64,000 nt of DNA from Squalus acanthias (Eukaryota). Below, in pieces: positions 1 through 11,156 of the stretch. The position numbers were made by a program, and so were the translations under genes. Every line of letters begins with the position of its first letter. Position 1 is the first letter of the stretch. The DNA lies in assembly GCA_030390025.1 (NCBI GenBank), contig CM059452.1:8432001-8496000 (forward strand), in the 5' to 3' direction. The notes under the pieces are model-generated. The model was given only the letters and a program-made list of their open reading frames with translations. It did not search any database and was not told the DNA's origin.

Positions 1-1553
1 AATTTGGACTATTAAAATTCAATCTGTTAGTTTATGAATAACAGGGACAGATTTACCCCAAACACTAGTTAAAGATAAGTTGTTGAATAAATATTTATTT
101 TACAATATGATTCTCATCCGGCAACTTTAACGTTTTTAGACTGTGAGTTAAAGCTGACTTTTTACTGATGGCAACTGAGTTCATACAATAGAGATTGGTT
201 CACCTCCCCTCTCTCTGGTGGGCGAGTGGGGGTACAGTGGCTTCACAATTACCCTTTCCCCTCTCTGGTGGGGGAGTGGGGGGTACAGTCGGTTAACAAT
301 TGCCCTTTCCCCTCTCTCTGGTGGGGGAGTGGGAGGTACAGTGGGTTAACAATTGCCCTTTCCCCTCTCTCTGGTGGGGGAGTGGGAGGTACAGTGGGTT
401 AACAATTGCCCTTTCCTCTCTCTCTGGTGGGGAGTGTGGGTACAGTGGGTTAACAATTGCCCTTTCCCCTCTCTCTGGTGGGGGAGTGGGGGTACAGTGT
501 GTTAACAATTGCCCTTTCCCCTCTCTCTGGTGGGGAGTGTGGGTACAGTGGGTTAACAATTGCCCTTTCTCCTCTCTCTGGTGGGGGAGTGGGAGGTACA
601 GTGGGTTAACAATTGCCCTTTCCCCTCTCTCTGGTGGGGAGTGTGGGTACAGTGGGTTAACAATTGCCCTTTCCCCTCTCTCTGGTGGGGGAGTGTGGGT
701 AGAGTGGGTTAACAATTGCCCTTTCCACTCTCTCTGGTGGAGGAGTGGGAGGTACAGTGGGTTAACAATTGCCCTTTCCCCTCTCTCTGGTGAGGGAGTG
801 GGGGTACAGTGGGTTAACAATTGCCCTTTCCCCTCTCTCTGGTGGGGGAGTGGGGGGTACAGTGGGTTAACAATTCCCCTTTCCCCTCTCTCTGGTGGGG
901 GAGTGGGGGGTACAGAGGGTTAACAATTGCCCTTTCCCCTCTCTCTGGTGGGGGAGTGGGGGGTACAGTGGGTTAACAATTCCCCTTTCCCCTCTCTCTG
1001 GTGGAGAAGTGGGTGTACAGTGGGTTAACAATTGCCCTTTCCCCTCTCTCTGGTGGGGGAGTGGGGGTACAGTGGCTTAACAATTGCCCTTTCCCCTCTC
1101 TCTGGTGGGGGAGTGGGGGTACAGTGGGTTAACAATTGCCCTTTCCCCTCTCTCTGGTGAGGGTGTGGGAGGTACAGTGGGTTAACAATTGCCCTTTCCC
1201 CTCTCTCTGGTGGGGGAGTGGGGGTACAGTGGGTTGACAATTGCCCTTTCCCCTCTCTCTGGTGGGGGAGTGGGGGTACAGCGGGTTAACAATTGCCCTT
1301 TCCACTCTCTCTGGTGGGGAAGTGGGGGGTACAGTGGGTTAATAATTGCTCTTTCCCCTCTCTCTGTAGGGGGAGTGGCATGTACAGTGGGTTAACAATT
1401 GCCCTTTCCCCTCTCTCTGCTGGCGCAGTGGGTTTACAGTTCGTTTTCGTGTGTGGCCTCATTTCAGGTCCCCGAGAGTGCGATGCTGCAAATAAAACTG
1501 GCCCCAATTCTGAAGGGATGGACAACACGAGAAACAGGGACACCGAGATCTAA
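1..1553 (-). repeat. Inverted paralog of the IgM Cmu4-TM1 intron segment at 27742-31095
   Basis: The unique flanks on both sides of the minisatellite match in reverse complement (1-200 vs 30890-31095; 1433-1553 vs 27742-27865). Confidence 0.9.
204..1420. repeat. ~59-bp G-rich minisatellite (ccctttcccctctctctggtgggggagtgggggtacagtgggttaacaattg)n
   Basis: About 20 near-identical tandem units read directly; explains the repetitive ORFs at 293-1395. Confidence 0.95.
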
Positions 1554-1704
1554 AATCCGGAAACGTCCATAATTATCGCTTTTTTCAACCTGAGTGAGCT
1601 GCCGTGTACTACTGTGCACTGAGGCCCACAGTGAGAAGGGCCTCGGGACTCCTCGTAGATTAACCTTGTTCTGTGAGATCACCTTAAACGAGATTCTTTA
1701 AACC

Positions 1705-1723
1705 CGGCCACCAGGTGACGCTG
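1705..1723 (+). promoter_or_regulatory. CTCF-like motif
   Basis: cggccaccaggtgacgctg resembles the consensus TGGCCACCAGGTGGCGCTG. Confidence 0.55.
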
Positions 1724-2367
1724 ACTGAGCGCGGATTCTCACCGCCCGTTACCTGATATCAACAATACTGACTGACACTTTCTCAATATAAATTAACGTA
1801 AAATTGCTTTTGATATCATATTTATGCTTATTAATGTTATACATTCAATTACAGTTTTATAATTTCAGAAGTTAGTGAAGTATAAACGAGATGTGCGCCT
1901 CCAGAACCTTGGGTTCGTTTGCCGTTTTGCTCTATTTCCCACCGCCAGTTACAGCCCCTGGTTTTAACCCACTTTACTGATGAAGATATCGTTAACTTTT
2001 GAATAATATAATAATTCTGCGATTCCTATCGCTGGCCTGCTTGCCCCGAATTTTTAACGAATTTGAAAATAGCTCATATCTTATAGAGAGGCAGAGTTAT
2101 ATAATTTACGAAGGGGACATTATTATTGAATTCAGTTCCTCACAGGTGGATCCCGCGTGACATCACTGCCCGCGGCAACCCCGCCCACAGTTTCCGATTG
2201 CTGCTCTCGCTCTGACCCGCCTTGCCTGCAATGTGTTATTGGAGAGATTGCTGCCGCTGTTCCCTGTTTGGCATTGGTTGGATCAGCAGTGTAGTGGGGC
2301 GGGAATCTGTATTTCTGCTCCGACGGAGAATTTCCCGGACTGCAGCGTTACAGACTCAGGGAGCATC

Positions 2368-3768
2368 ATGCGGAAACGTCTCACTCCTCGTCCTTATATC
2401 ACTACTCAGTAAGGATTTCCTTCCCAGTGAAAACCCATTCTCCCCTTGACTGCTTTAACGCCGATGTTATTATTGGTAATATGCTGCTTCTGATGATGAT
2501 GTTGATGGTGGTGATAATCACTATTACTATTATTTTGTTTTGGAATGGAGCCACCAAGACACAGTGGAACAGACGGTCCCTGAAATGACGGTTGAAGAGG
2601 AAAGTAATGTCACACTAACCTGAACCTTGAAAACAAGCTATCCTAGCTCTACAGTGTTCTGGTACAATCAGTACCTTGGCCAGCCACCACAGGAGGAGGG
2701 AAGCCTCAGGCTACAGGACGATATAGACGGGTTGGTCAGATGGGCAGAACAGTGGCAAATGGAATTTAACCCTGAAAGGTGTGAGGTGATGCATTTTGGG
2801 AGGACTAACAAGGCACGGGAATACACAATGAATGGGAGGATCCTAGGAAGGACAGAGGATCAGAGGGACCTTGGTGTGTATGTACATAGATCCCTGAAGG
2901 CAGCAGGACAGGTAGATAAGGTGGTTAAAAAGGCATATGGGATACTTGCCTTCATTAGCCGAGGCATAGAATATAAGAGCAGGGAGGTTATGATGGAGCT
3001 GTACAAAACGCTAGTTAGGCCACAGCTGGAATACTGTGTGCAGTTCTGGTCGCCACACTATAGTAAGGATGTGATTGCATTGGAGAGGGTGCAGAGGAGA
3101 TTCACCAGGATGTTACATGGGCTGGAGTGTTTCAGCTATGAAGATAGACTGGACAGGCTGGGGTTGTTTTCCTTGGAGCAGAGAAGGCTGAGAGGGGACC
3201 TGATTGAGGTGTACCAAATTATGAGGGGCATAGATAGGGTAGATAGAAAGGAACTTTTCCCCTTAGTAGAGGGGTCAATAACCAGGGGGCATAGTTTCAA
3301 TGTAAGGGGCAGGAGGTTTAGAGGGGATTTGAGGAAAAACTTTTGCACCCAGAGAGTGGTTGGAATCTGGAACTCACTGCCTGAAAGGGTGGTAGAGGCA
3401 GGAACCCTCACAACATTCAAGAAACATTTAGCTGAGCACTTGAAACGCCATAGCATACAAGGCTACGGACCAAGTGCTTGAAAATGGGATTAGAATAGAT
3501 AGGGCTTGATGGCCGGCGCGGACACGATGGGCCGAAGTATCTCTTTCTGTGCTGTATAACTCTATAACTCTGTGACACAGTACGTCGTTTATATTATTGC
3601 AGGGATAGTAAACAGGAACCCCGACTTCACTGACCGATTCTCTTCTACGTTAATAAAACTACCAAGGTTACTGAGCTAAGGATCGGCAAAATCCTGATCT
3701 CCGCCGTGTATTTCTGTGCCATGAGCCCCACACTGCTGCAGAGATACAGCGGATCCCGTGCAAAAACC
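2368..3768 (+). pseudogene. TCR alpha/delta V pseudogene interrupted by a CR1 LINE
   Basis: Leader 2368-2408 (41 nt, +1 frameshift, gtaagg donor); acceptor appears mutated (tgg at 2541-2543); V reads DTVEQTVPEMTVEEESNVTLT*TLKTSYPSSTVFWYNQYLGQPPQ with the first Cys codon as TGA (2621); resumes after 3580 to ..AVYFCAMS; RSS cacactg(3729-3735)-24 bp-gcaaaaacc. Confidence 0.85.
2693..3575 (+). mobile_element. 5'-truncated CR1 LINE (RT C-terminus and 3' UTR) inserted in V FR2
   Basis: WAEQWQMEFNPERCEVMHFG..LYKTLVRPQLEYCVQFWSPHY is CR1 ORF2-like; short-repeat tail ctataactctataactct; cacag on both sides (2688-2692, 3576-3580) as probable TSD. Confidence 0.9.
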
Positions 3769-3789
3769 CACACTGAGAGTTCCAGTTAG

Positions 3790-3808
3790 TGGTCACTAGA
3801 GGGCGCTC
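3790..3808 (+). promoter_or_regulatory. CTCF-like motif just 3' of the V RSS
   Basis: tggtcactagagggcgctc, about 20 bp after the nonamer. Confidence 0.6.
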
Positions 3809-4253
3809 TCACACAGATAAACGGAAACGACAATTCAGCCTCCACAGTGACAGTCACAGGGACCTTCTTAATAGGGCAACAAAACACAACACTCAACAAT
3901 AGGTGACTTCCATTGGCGCAATTATATTAGCCGGTGACTTCAACTCCCATTTATAATAAAAAAAATAACTTCGCAAATCCATCTGTGGCGCCTTACCTCC
4001 CCTTTTGCCTTTCGCTGCCCTTTCCTTGCCTGCCTGTTCCTTCTCATATCTTGTCTCTACTCTTCATCCATAATCCTGTGAACTTCCTTCTTCCAGTCTT
4101 TAGTTTAACGATGTAAAACCTTTGCTGCTTCTCTGTACATTAATTCAGAACCGCTCCAACCCAGCTTCCCATAAACAGGAACTGCAGACAGGGCAGTGAA
4201 TAAAGACAGGATTTCTCACACCCTGTCCACCGACATCCGAACAGTTCTCAGAT

Positions 4254-4272
4254 TAACCACCAGGGGGCGTCA
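4254..4272 (+). promoter_or_regulatory. CTCF-like motif
   Basis: taaccaccagggggcgtca contains the CCACCAGGGGGCG core. Confidence 0.6.
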
Positions 4273-4934
4273 GATCTCAATATTCCTTTTTTGGATCAGA
4301 TCCCGGGGCTTTGAGTTAAATGCTGTTTCTCTAATTGTTGTGCAAATGTTGGAATGAATTGAAGATTAATATTTGAAATCCACTATCACAATGGGCTGGG
4401 TCGGAACGTCGGGCAATAATCATCAGAAAACGACATCCATCATATCGTAAGATTGAATTTTGATACTAACCAGTGGGCAGGACCAGTGAGTGGACGGATG
4501 TGGAAGATGGGGAAAAGAATATTAAAATGTGAATGAAAGACACCCTGAGATCTGATTTCTGAAGACATTAAGTGCACCGATGGTGGTGATCGATGTTAAA
4601 GGAGCGAAAGACAAACCGAAACCGCCCGTGTTGTGTTTGTTTTTTCTGCGCCACTTCCTTTTCTTACATGAGTGAAAGTTGGAAGGAATTTTTTACGCCC
4701 TGCTGGTGTTGAGCTCCTGTTAACGAGAACCCGCCCTGCACCACACCCTAGGGGCTTTGAACCCGCTCCCGCGCTCTGCTCCCGGGAACCTAAAGCAGAT
4801 GAGCGGTAAATTACTGAAAAGCACCGATGCGCCGCCGCCTCCATTCTCTCTAATTGCAAATCCAGAATCTGAAGATTATGGATCCCTAAATTAATCATTA
4901 CAGGCCCTAAGTAGGTCACAAATCACCAGAAATA

Positions 4935-5370
4935 ATGAAAGAAAGCCTTGCATTTATGTAGCGCCTTTCAAGACCTCGGGACGTCCCACAGCTCTTTAAG
5001 CCAATGAAGTACATTTGACGCTTCACTATTGTAATGTCGGACACGGATACGCGGCAACCAATTTGCGCAATGCAAGCTCCCACAAACAGCAATGTAATAA
5101 TGACCAGATATGCTGTTTTAGTGATGTTGATTGAGGGATAAATATTTGCTAAGACACCGGGGAGAACTCTCCTGCTCTGCTTCGAAATCGTGCCACGGGA
5201 TCTTTTAGTTATCGCTTGAGAGAGCAGACTGTGCCTCGGTTTAACGTCTCCTCCAAAAGCCATCAGCTCCGACAGTGCAGCGCTCCCTCAGTACTGCACT
5301 GGAGTGTCAGCCGAGACTTGATCCCACAACCTTCTGACTCACTGGCGCGAGTGCCAGCACTGAGCCACAC
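4935..5370 (-). mobile_element. Shark SINE (DeuSINE/SacSINE-like)
   Basis: Blocks cttgcatttatgtagcgcctttca, gtgccacgggatctttt and gtactgcactggagtgtcagcc; related pieces near 21910 and 37400-37490. Confidence 0.6.
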
Positions 5371-6641
5371 AATACACAAGATAACAAGATAAGACATTTT
5401 TCACACTCATTACCATTCTAAAAGCAGGATTTTTTATCAATTGCTATTTGCATCAACTGATGCTTACAGCGTAACTGCGGCATTGTAGTGTTTCAGCAAA
5501 GCTCCCACAATATCATCGTTTTGATGTTAATTATGGTTCTCTACAAGCAGTTAATGGAATATACTGCGAGACTAAACATAAACACCTTCAATATCCAGTT
5601 CTCAAAGTAATCATTGTTCTGCGTGGGCCATTTTCGTTGCCCCATATATAATTGCAAGTCCCATGCTCTGAGCAAAAGGTGGCTAAAAGGTGTTAACTTT
5701 TTGGATCAGTTCCATGCTGAACTGTGATTCGGTGGGCACGCAAAAGGTATTTCAAATGTGAGTTGGGCAGTTGTTTTGCGCCAAAACAGTGGCCAAATTT
5801 TGAAAAGGGTGGATATTAGGACCCTGCGGCAGCCTATCCGGCGGTGCTGAGGTCATGGTTCAAGGCTCTGTTCAACACGTAATGTTCCTGTGACGTGCTG
5901 TCGTCCATGATTGTGCGACGCACCCCACGCCGTGGCCCTTAACTCGGCTTTTGTCCTTTGACGCCCTTTCCCTGCCTGCCTGCAATATTGTGCAGCCCTT
6001 TACAGATCTCAACTGTCCGTTTCCCGGATCCTTTGATCGCGGCCTGTACACAGGGTTTATTTGATCAGAGTATGTTGCTGGGTCAGAGACTGTTTATACA
6101 CAATCAACAGATTTCACAAGGTAGTGATTGTGCTCTTTAAAACAAGCACCAAGCACAGAGTTCCCCCAATGTCCATTGCCCTTCCGAGTGTCGCTTCATT
6201 CTCTGTCACTGCTCCTGGAAAATGTGACTATTGGAATAAGAGCGGGGGATTCTGCCGGTGTCCTGGGCCCACATTCCACCCTCAACAAACACCACCCAAT
6301 AAAACACATGAACCGACCTCCCAGCTCATTACTGCGGGGCAAAGGACAGCGGCAGCCTCTGCTGACAGAACAACTCCACCCTGTACATCAGACTAATGTG
6401 GGAGGGGCTTTCACATCGGGCTCAAAGACCCAATGAAGAGCCTAAAAAACTGCAGGTTCATTATTTAAACCTGTCACTTATGCACACAACACACACCCAG
6501 AGATCCGCGAACCGTGAGGCCCATCAATGATCTCCGGGACACCGCCCTGTGCTAATCAACTCGACCCCCTAAAGTATTTCAATCCAGCTCTGAGGTACAG
6601 TCTCCCAGAACAGTCCAGGGCTGCAGTCTCGAGTTCCCTGC

Positions 6642-6649
6642 CATATAAA
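6642..6649 (+). promoter_or_regulatory. TATA-like box of the NAR-TCR V
   Basis: catataaa about 30 nt upstream of the leader ATG (6674). Confidence 0.45.
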
Positions 6650-6673
6650 CCATCCGCTCCAGGCAGCAGAACG

Positions 6674-7150
6674 ATGGGAATCCTCCTTGTTTTCACCCTG
6701 TGTGTCTGTTTACCCCGTGAGTACCGCTCAAACAAACCGACATTGTGTGGACTTAATATAAAGCTGCCCGGTCCATCCGAATTACAGACACTGTCTGGGT
6801 TTTAGCCCCGTTGTGTGGTTCGGCTCTGATGGCCCATTAAACTCTCGCTGTTTAATTTCCAGGCTCTTTCAGTCAGTCAGTGGCACAGACCCCGCCAGCG
6901 GTGACCAGGGAGGAGTGTCAGTCTCTTACCATCACCTGTGTTTTCTATGGTGGTTTTTGGGGTTATAATTTCATAATGGACATTTCTTCAGACGAACCCA
7001 GACCGGGACAGAGTGGGAGCGGATCTCGAGCGGAGGGCGATTTGTTGTGAGGAAGAGTAAGGCAGAAAATACATTTTCGTTGGAAATTCGGGATGTGCGA
7101 GTTGAAGACAGCGCCACCTATTACTGTAAAGCTGGTACAGGCGCCATCCT
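6674..7150 (+). pseudogene. NAR-TCR V (IgNAR-like V segment) with leader; 1-nt frameshift near CDR1
   Basis: Leader MGILLVFTLCVCLP 6674-6716 (gtgagt donor, phase 1); V exon from 6863: RSFSQSVAQTPPAVTREECQSLTITCVFYGGFWGYNF, then in the -1 frame NGHFFRRTQTGTEWERISSGGRFVVRKSKAENTFSLEIRDVRVEDSATYYCKAGTGAI; the ERISxGGR motif, absent CDR2 and extra FR1 Cys are NAR-TCR V hallmarks. Confidence 0.88.
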
Positions 7151-7178
7151 CACAGTGGATGAGACCTGAGCAAATACC
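7151..7178 (+). other. 12-RSS of the NAR-like V
   Basis: cacagtg + gatgagacctga (12 bp) + gcaaatacc. Confidence 0.85.
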
Positions 7179-7491
7179 TGTGTACAATTAAAACATAAAT
7201 TCCCCGGGCCCGGAACCTGAATTGTAGGTTTGATCTTATTATCGCTGTAATCTGGTTTAATTTTATTGTAATTTGCTGCTCCCAGTTATCTTTCTTTGAT
7301 ATTTTCTCCGTTTCTATGAAGCGCCCATCTCCGGCCTGTGTTCCTGGGCCATTTTACTGAGAGCTCAGAGTCTCACAAACAACAGTTTGAACCGACGGGG
7401 ACTGTGGAACACGGAATATTTATTGATCCCTCGAATAATTGGGCAGCGCCGACTGTCTGGTGATGTGTGTCCGGCAGATTGAGGGGTCGGC

Positions 7492-7530
7492 GGTTCTTGT
7501 ACCGGGGTGACTGAGAGTGGTGTCACTGTG
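7492..7530 (+). other. 23-RSS of the NAR-type J
   Basis: ggttcttgt + 23 bp (7501-7523) + cactgtg. Confidence 0.9.
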
Positions 7531-7581
7531 GTTATTATAAACATGTGGATGGATCCGGGACGGTGGTGACTGTCACAGCCG
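7531..7581 (+). CDS. NAR-TCR J segment
   Basis: YYKHVDGSGTVVTVTA then gtaagt donor (phase 1); DGxG instead of W/FGxG, as in NAR-type Js. Confidence 0.9.
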
Positions 7582-8082
7582 GTAAGTGATTTCAAACCCC
7601 GCCGTGTTACAGACTGTCCCGGTTAATGTTTACCGTCAGTTTATTATTGTGATCAGTATCACCTCCATCCCTTCGAAATAAAACAGAGCGGTTTTCCACG
7701 GGTGGGTGGAGTTCATTGCGGTTTTCGATTGGGGAGCAGAATATGAACCGGGGTCGGGTCTGGGTCTGAGTCCGGAGAGAGAAGGTGTCAGAACCCCACG
7801 GAGCCGCCATTCTACAGGGTCTAACCCCATCTGGAGCATCATTCGTTTAACGGGGACCTCCGGGATCCCATGAAGTGACCGAAATCTCTCTCACTCTGAT
7901 CCCCCCAGTTGGTTTAAATGACCGCAGATTGTCGACACTCCGGCTTCCGCTCTCGGTGTTAACTGTGACTGAGGGATGGCAGGGAGTCACAGAGCTCCGT
8001 CCTGGGTAGGAGATTGCAGTCCGAGCCAGGCAGTGTGAATGATATACCGGGAGAGTGAACACAACACTACAGCGGCCCATCT

Positions 8083-8475
8083 GACACCTGCAGCGACCCG
8101 TCCGATACCTGCAGCGACCCGTCCGATACCTGCAGCAACCTGTCCGATGCTTGCAGCGGCCCGTCCAATACCTGCAGCGACCAGTCCGATACCTGCAGCG
8201 GCCCGTCCGATACCTGCTGCGGCCCGTCCGATACCTGCAGCGACCCGACCGATGCGTGCAGTGGCCCGTCCGATACCTGCAGCGACCCGTCCGATACCTG
8301 CAGCGGCCCGTCCGATACCTGCAGCGGCCCGTCCGATACCTGCAGCGACCCGTCCGATGCTTGCCGCGGCCCGTCCGATACCTGCAGCGACCCATCCGAT
8401 ACCTGCAGCGGCCCGTCCGATACCTGCAGCGGCCTGTCCGATACCTGCAGCGACCCTTCCGATACTTGCAGCGGC
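8083..8475. repeat. 21-bp GC-rich minisatellite (ccgatacctgcagcggcccgt)n
   Basis: About 18 units; explains the ORFs at 7847-8558. Confidence 0.95.
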
Positions 8476-8709
8476 AGAAACTCATGAGCACCACACGGCG
8501 GGGCTTCAGATACAAGAGTTCCGCCTGTAGGTCTAGATGACATTTCATTATTGGACACTTAGTGACTTAAATTAGTTGTATTGTATCTGACATTTATTCC
8601 AATTGCCTTTACATAAATAATCATTTTTCCTCCGCGGTTCTCGTCCAAGTCGAAATTTAAAGCTCCGAACGACAGACACGTTTCTATATTATTTATATTG
8701 TTAGATATT

Positions 8710-9830
8710 TTCTAATCAATCCAATGGGAAATTCAGGAGGAACTTCTTTACCCAGAGAGTGGTCAGAATGTGGAACTCGCTGCCACAAGGAGCAGTTGAG
8801 CCGAATAACATCGATACATTTAAGGGGAATCTAGATAAGTAGGTGAGGGAGAAAGGAATAGAAGGATATGTTGATGGGGTGAGATGGAGTAGGGGTGGGA
8901 GGAGGCTCGTGTGGAGCAGTAACACCGGCATGGACCGATTGGGCCCAATGGCCTGTTTCTGTGCTCTACATTCTGTGTGATGCTGTGTAATATTTAATGA
9001 TCATGTTTGAGAGATCGGATTGCAGTAATTTATCTGTATCCATGGTTACTGTTAACTGAAACAACACTGGGCAGTGAGCGAGTGAGGGCGAGGTTCTAAT
9101 GTTCCTATAAAGGAGAACAGGAACACCCGAGGGAACAAGTACGGACTGGAGGGAAGCCCATTTAGAACCAGCAAGAAATCATTCACCGAAAGGGAGAGAA
9201 ATATCGGACTTCACCGGCCGGGCGGGGGTGTGGAGACACCGGTCTCTGGGCCGTTCAAAGCACAATCCGACACCGGGGCAGTGAGATTTACTGGAGGGAC
9301 GGGCTGCGATTGGGCACCGGCCCTTTTCTCAGCTTTGGATTTCTTGCACTCCTGAGAAAAGACATCAGCAGCAATCCACACATTTCTGGAAAGATTGAAC
9401 AGGCGGGGGGTCTATTCTCTGGAAAAGAGGAGAAAACGAGGAGACCTGATGGAGGTGATTAAATGATGAAGGGGTTCGATAGGGTGCACGTGGGGAAACT
9501 GTTTCCATTGTGGGTGAGTCCAGAACAAGGGGCCACAAATATAAGATAGTCACTAACAGAACAAATAAACACATTGGGAAGAATTTATTCACACAGAGAG
9601 GCGTCAGAATGTGGAACTCGCTGCCACACGGAGCGGTTGGAGCAGATAGCGTTGATGCAATTAAGAGGAGGCTTGAAAAATACAGGAGGGACAAAGGAAT
9701 CGAGGGACACAGGGGTCAGGGTGGGAAGTGGGAATTAGAGTGGGAGGAGGCTCGTGTGGAGTATAAACACCGGCACAGACCAGTTGGGCCGAATGGCCTG
9801 TTCCTGTTCTGCAGATTCAGTATAATGTAA
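8710..9830 (+). mobile_element. Two decayed CR1 3'-end fragments (about 8710-8990 and 9385-9830)
   Basis: FTQRVVRMWNSLP-type sequence and CR1 3' UTR. Confidence 0.75.
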
Positions 9831-10409
9831 AACTCAGAGAAAACTCCGCCCGGAGAACACGGGAGAAAATCAGCCAATGGGCTGAAGGAATTGAAGTTGT
9901 CAGAGAGCCGGAAGAGCCAGTTTCCAGTGAGTAACAGTAAAACCACTGCGGAAATTGCACAGACGGAACCCAACCGACAACCGAGAGACTTTGTGACAAG
10001 TTCTCAGGCTGGCAAAAAACCACAAACAGCACAAAGTGAGCGACCCAGATGTAGAAATAAAATTAAACTAACTGTAAATAATTCAAATTAAATTGCAATG
10101 GGGTAAAACGGGCCCCACTGATGGAAGAAAAGAGACAAATAGAGCGAGAGGCAGACAGGAGCTCCCGTGAACTGTTAAACTGCAGTAAAAGATTGACCTT
10201 TGACCCACAGATTTTCAGTGTCAGTTTGGCTCAGTCGGTGCTGATGAATCTCACTGCTTTCTGTTGGATCTTGCTGTGCGCAGTGACATAACACAGCCGG
10301 GGTACTCCCGGTCAAACATCATTGGAATGTGGTTGTCTCAGTGAGGAGGAGAATGGACTATTATTTTTTTCGGGTTTGACTTTCGCCAAGAAAAATAAAA
10401 ACAGAAATT

Positions 10410-10660
10410 CAATAGAAATCACAGAATCATACAGCAGAGAAGGAGGACATTCGGCCCACCTTGCCTGTGCGGCTCTTTGAATTCGATATTCAATTAGGCT
10501 CATTCGCCTCGCTCTTTCCCCATAGCCCTGACAAATTTTCCTTTTCGAGTATTGATCTAATTTCCTGTTGAAAGTTACTATTGAATCTGCTCCCACCACC
10601 CTTTCAGGCAGTGCATTCCAGATCACAACGGCTCATTCCGTAGATAATTTTCTCCTCAGT
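10410..10660 (-). mobile_element. CR1 3'-end fragment
   Basis: IWNALPERVVGADSIVTFNRKLD. Confidence 0.7.
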
Positions 10661-10850
10661 GCCCCTCTCGCCGCCCCCCCCCCCCCCCAACCCCACGCCG
10701 GTTCATTTGCCAATGACAGTGAATAAAGTTGGAACAGGCTTCAAATGAAGAACCGCATGAGCGCGCGAGACAGAACTATTCCTGTGATTGACAAGTGTCC
10801 CCGGTAACCAACAGCCAAATAAATAACATTTCCCCATTTTAATCCCGCAG

Positions 10851-11156
10851 TTTCCAGTTTCTCGGTGTCCCAGGGTCCGCCTCTACAATCCTCTGCTGCC
10901 GGTGACACCGTTACTTTAAGCTGCGAATATTCAGGGTTCTGTCAGTACACAGTACATTGGTACCGTCAGTCCTTAGGGCAGGCTCCGAAATACCTGCTTC
11001 AGAGACACACTTCAGGAGAGGGGAATAAAGAAAACGCTGCCGGGGGCCGAATTTCTGCTTCTGTCGATGGTGCGCAGAAAATCAGCCGGTTAAACATCGC
11101 GAAACTGCAACTGAGTGACTCCGCTGTGTATTACTGTGCACTGAGTCCGCGCACAG
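10851..11156 (+). CDS. Leaderless supporting TCR-delta V of the NAR-TCR cassette (open frame)
   Basis: Acceptor ..cccgcag at 10850, phase 1 matching the NAR-J donor; VSSFSVSQGPPLQSSAAGDTVTLSCEYSGFCQYTVHWYRQSLGQAPKYLLQRHTSGEGNKENAAGGRISASVDGAQKISRLNIAKLQLSDSAVYYCALSPRTA; extra CDR1 Cys; no leader exon seen. Confidence 0.92.

Noticed and set aside
293-1395. Repetitive ORFs in minisatellites (also 7847-8558, 14316-14555, 30174-30689, 53625-54644)
   Set aside because: Translations of tandem repeats that are open in several frames on both strands
1628-1634. Orphan cacagtg heptamers (also 3842)
   Set aside because: No nonamer at 12 or 23 bp and no adjacent coding segment
2627-3481. Ig-V/reverse-transcriptase fusion protein
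   Set aside because: Chance in-frame CR1 insertion into a V that also has a stop, a frameshifted leader and a mutated acceptor
7400-7416. D segment (gactgtg gaa cacggaa) between NAR V and J
   Set aside because: No nonamer at 12 or 23 bp upstream, a poor 3' heptamer and only a 3-nt core
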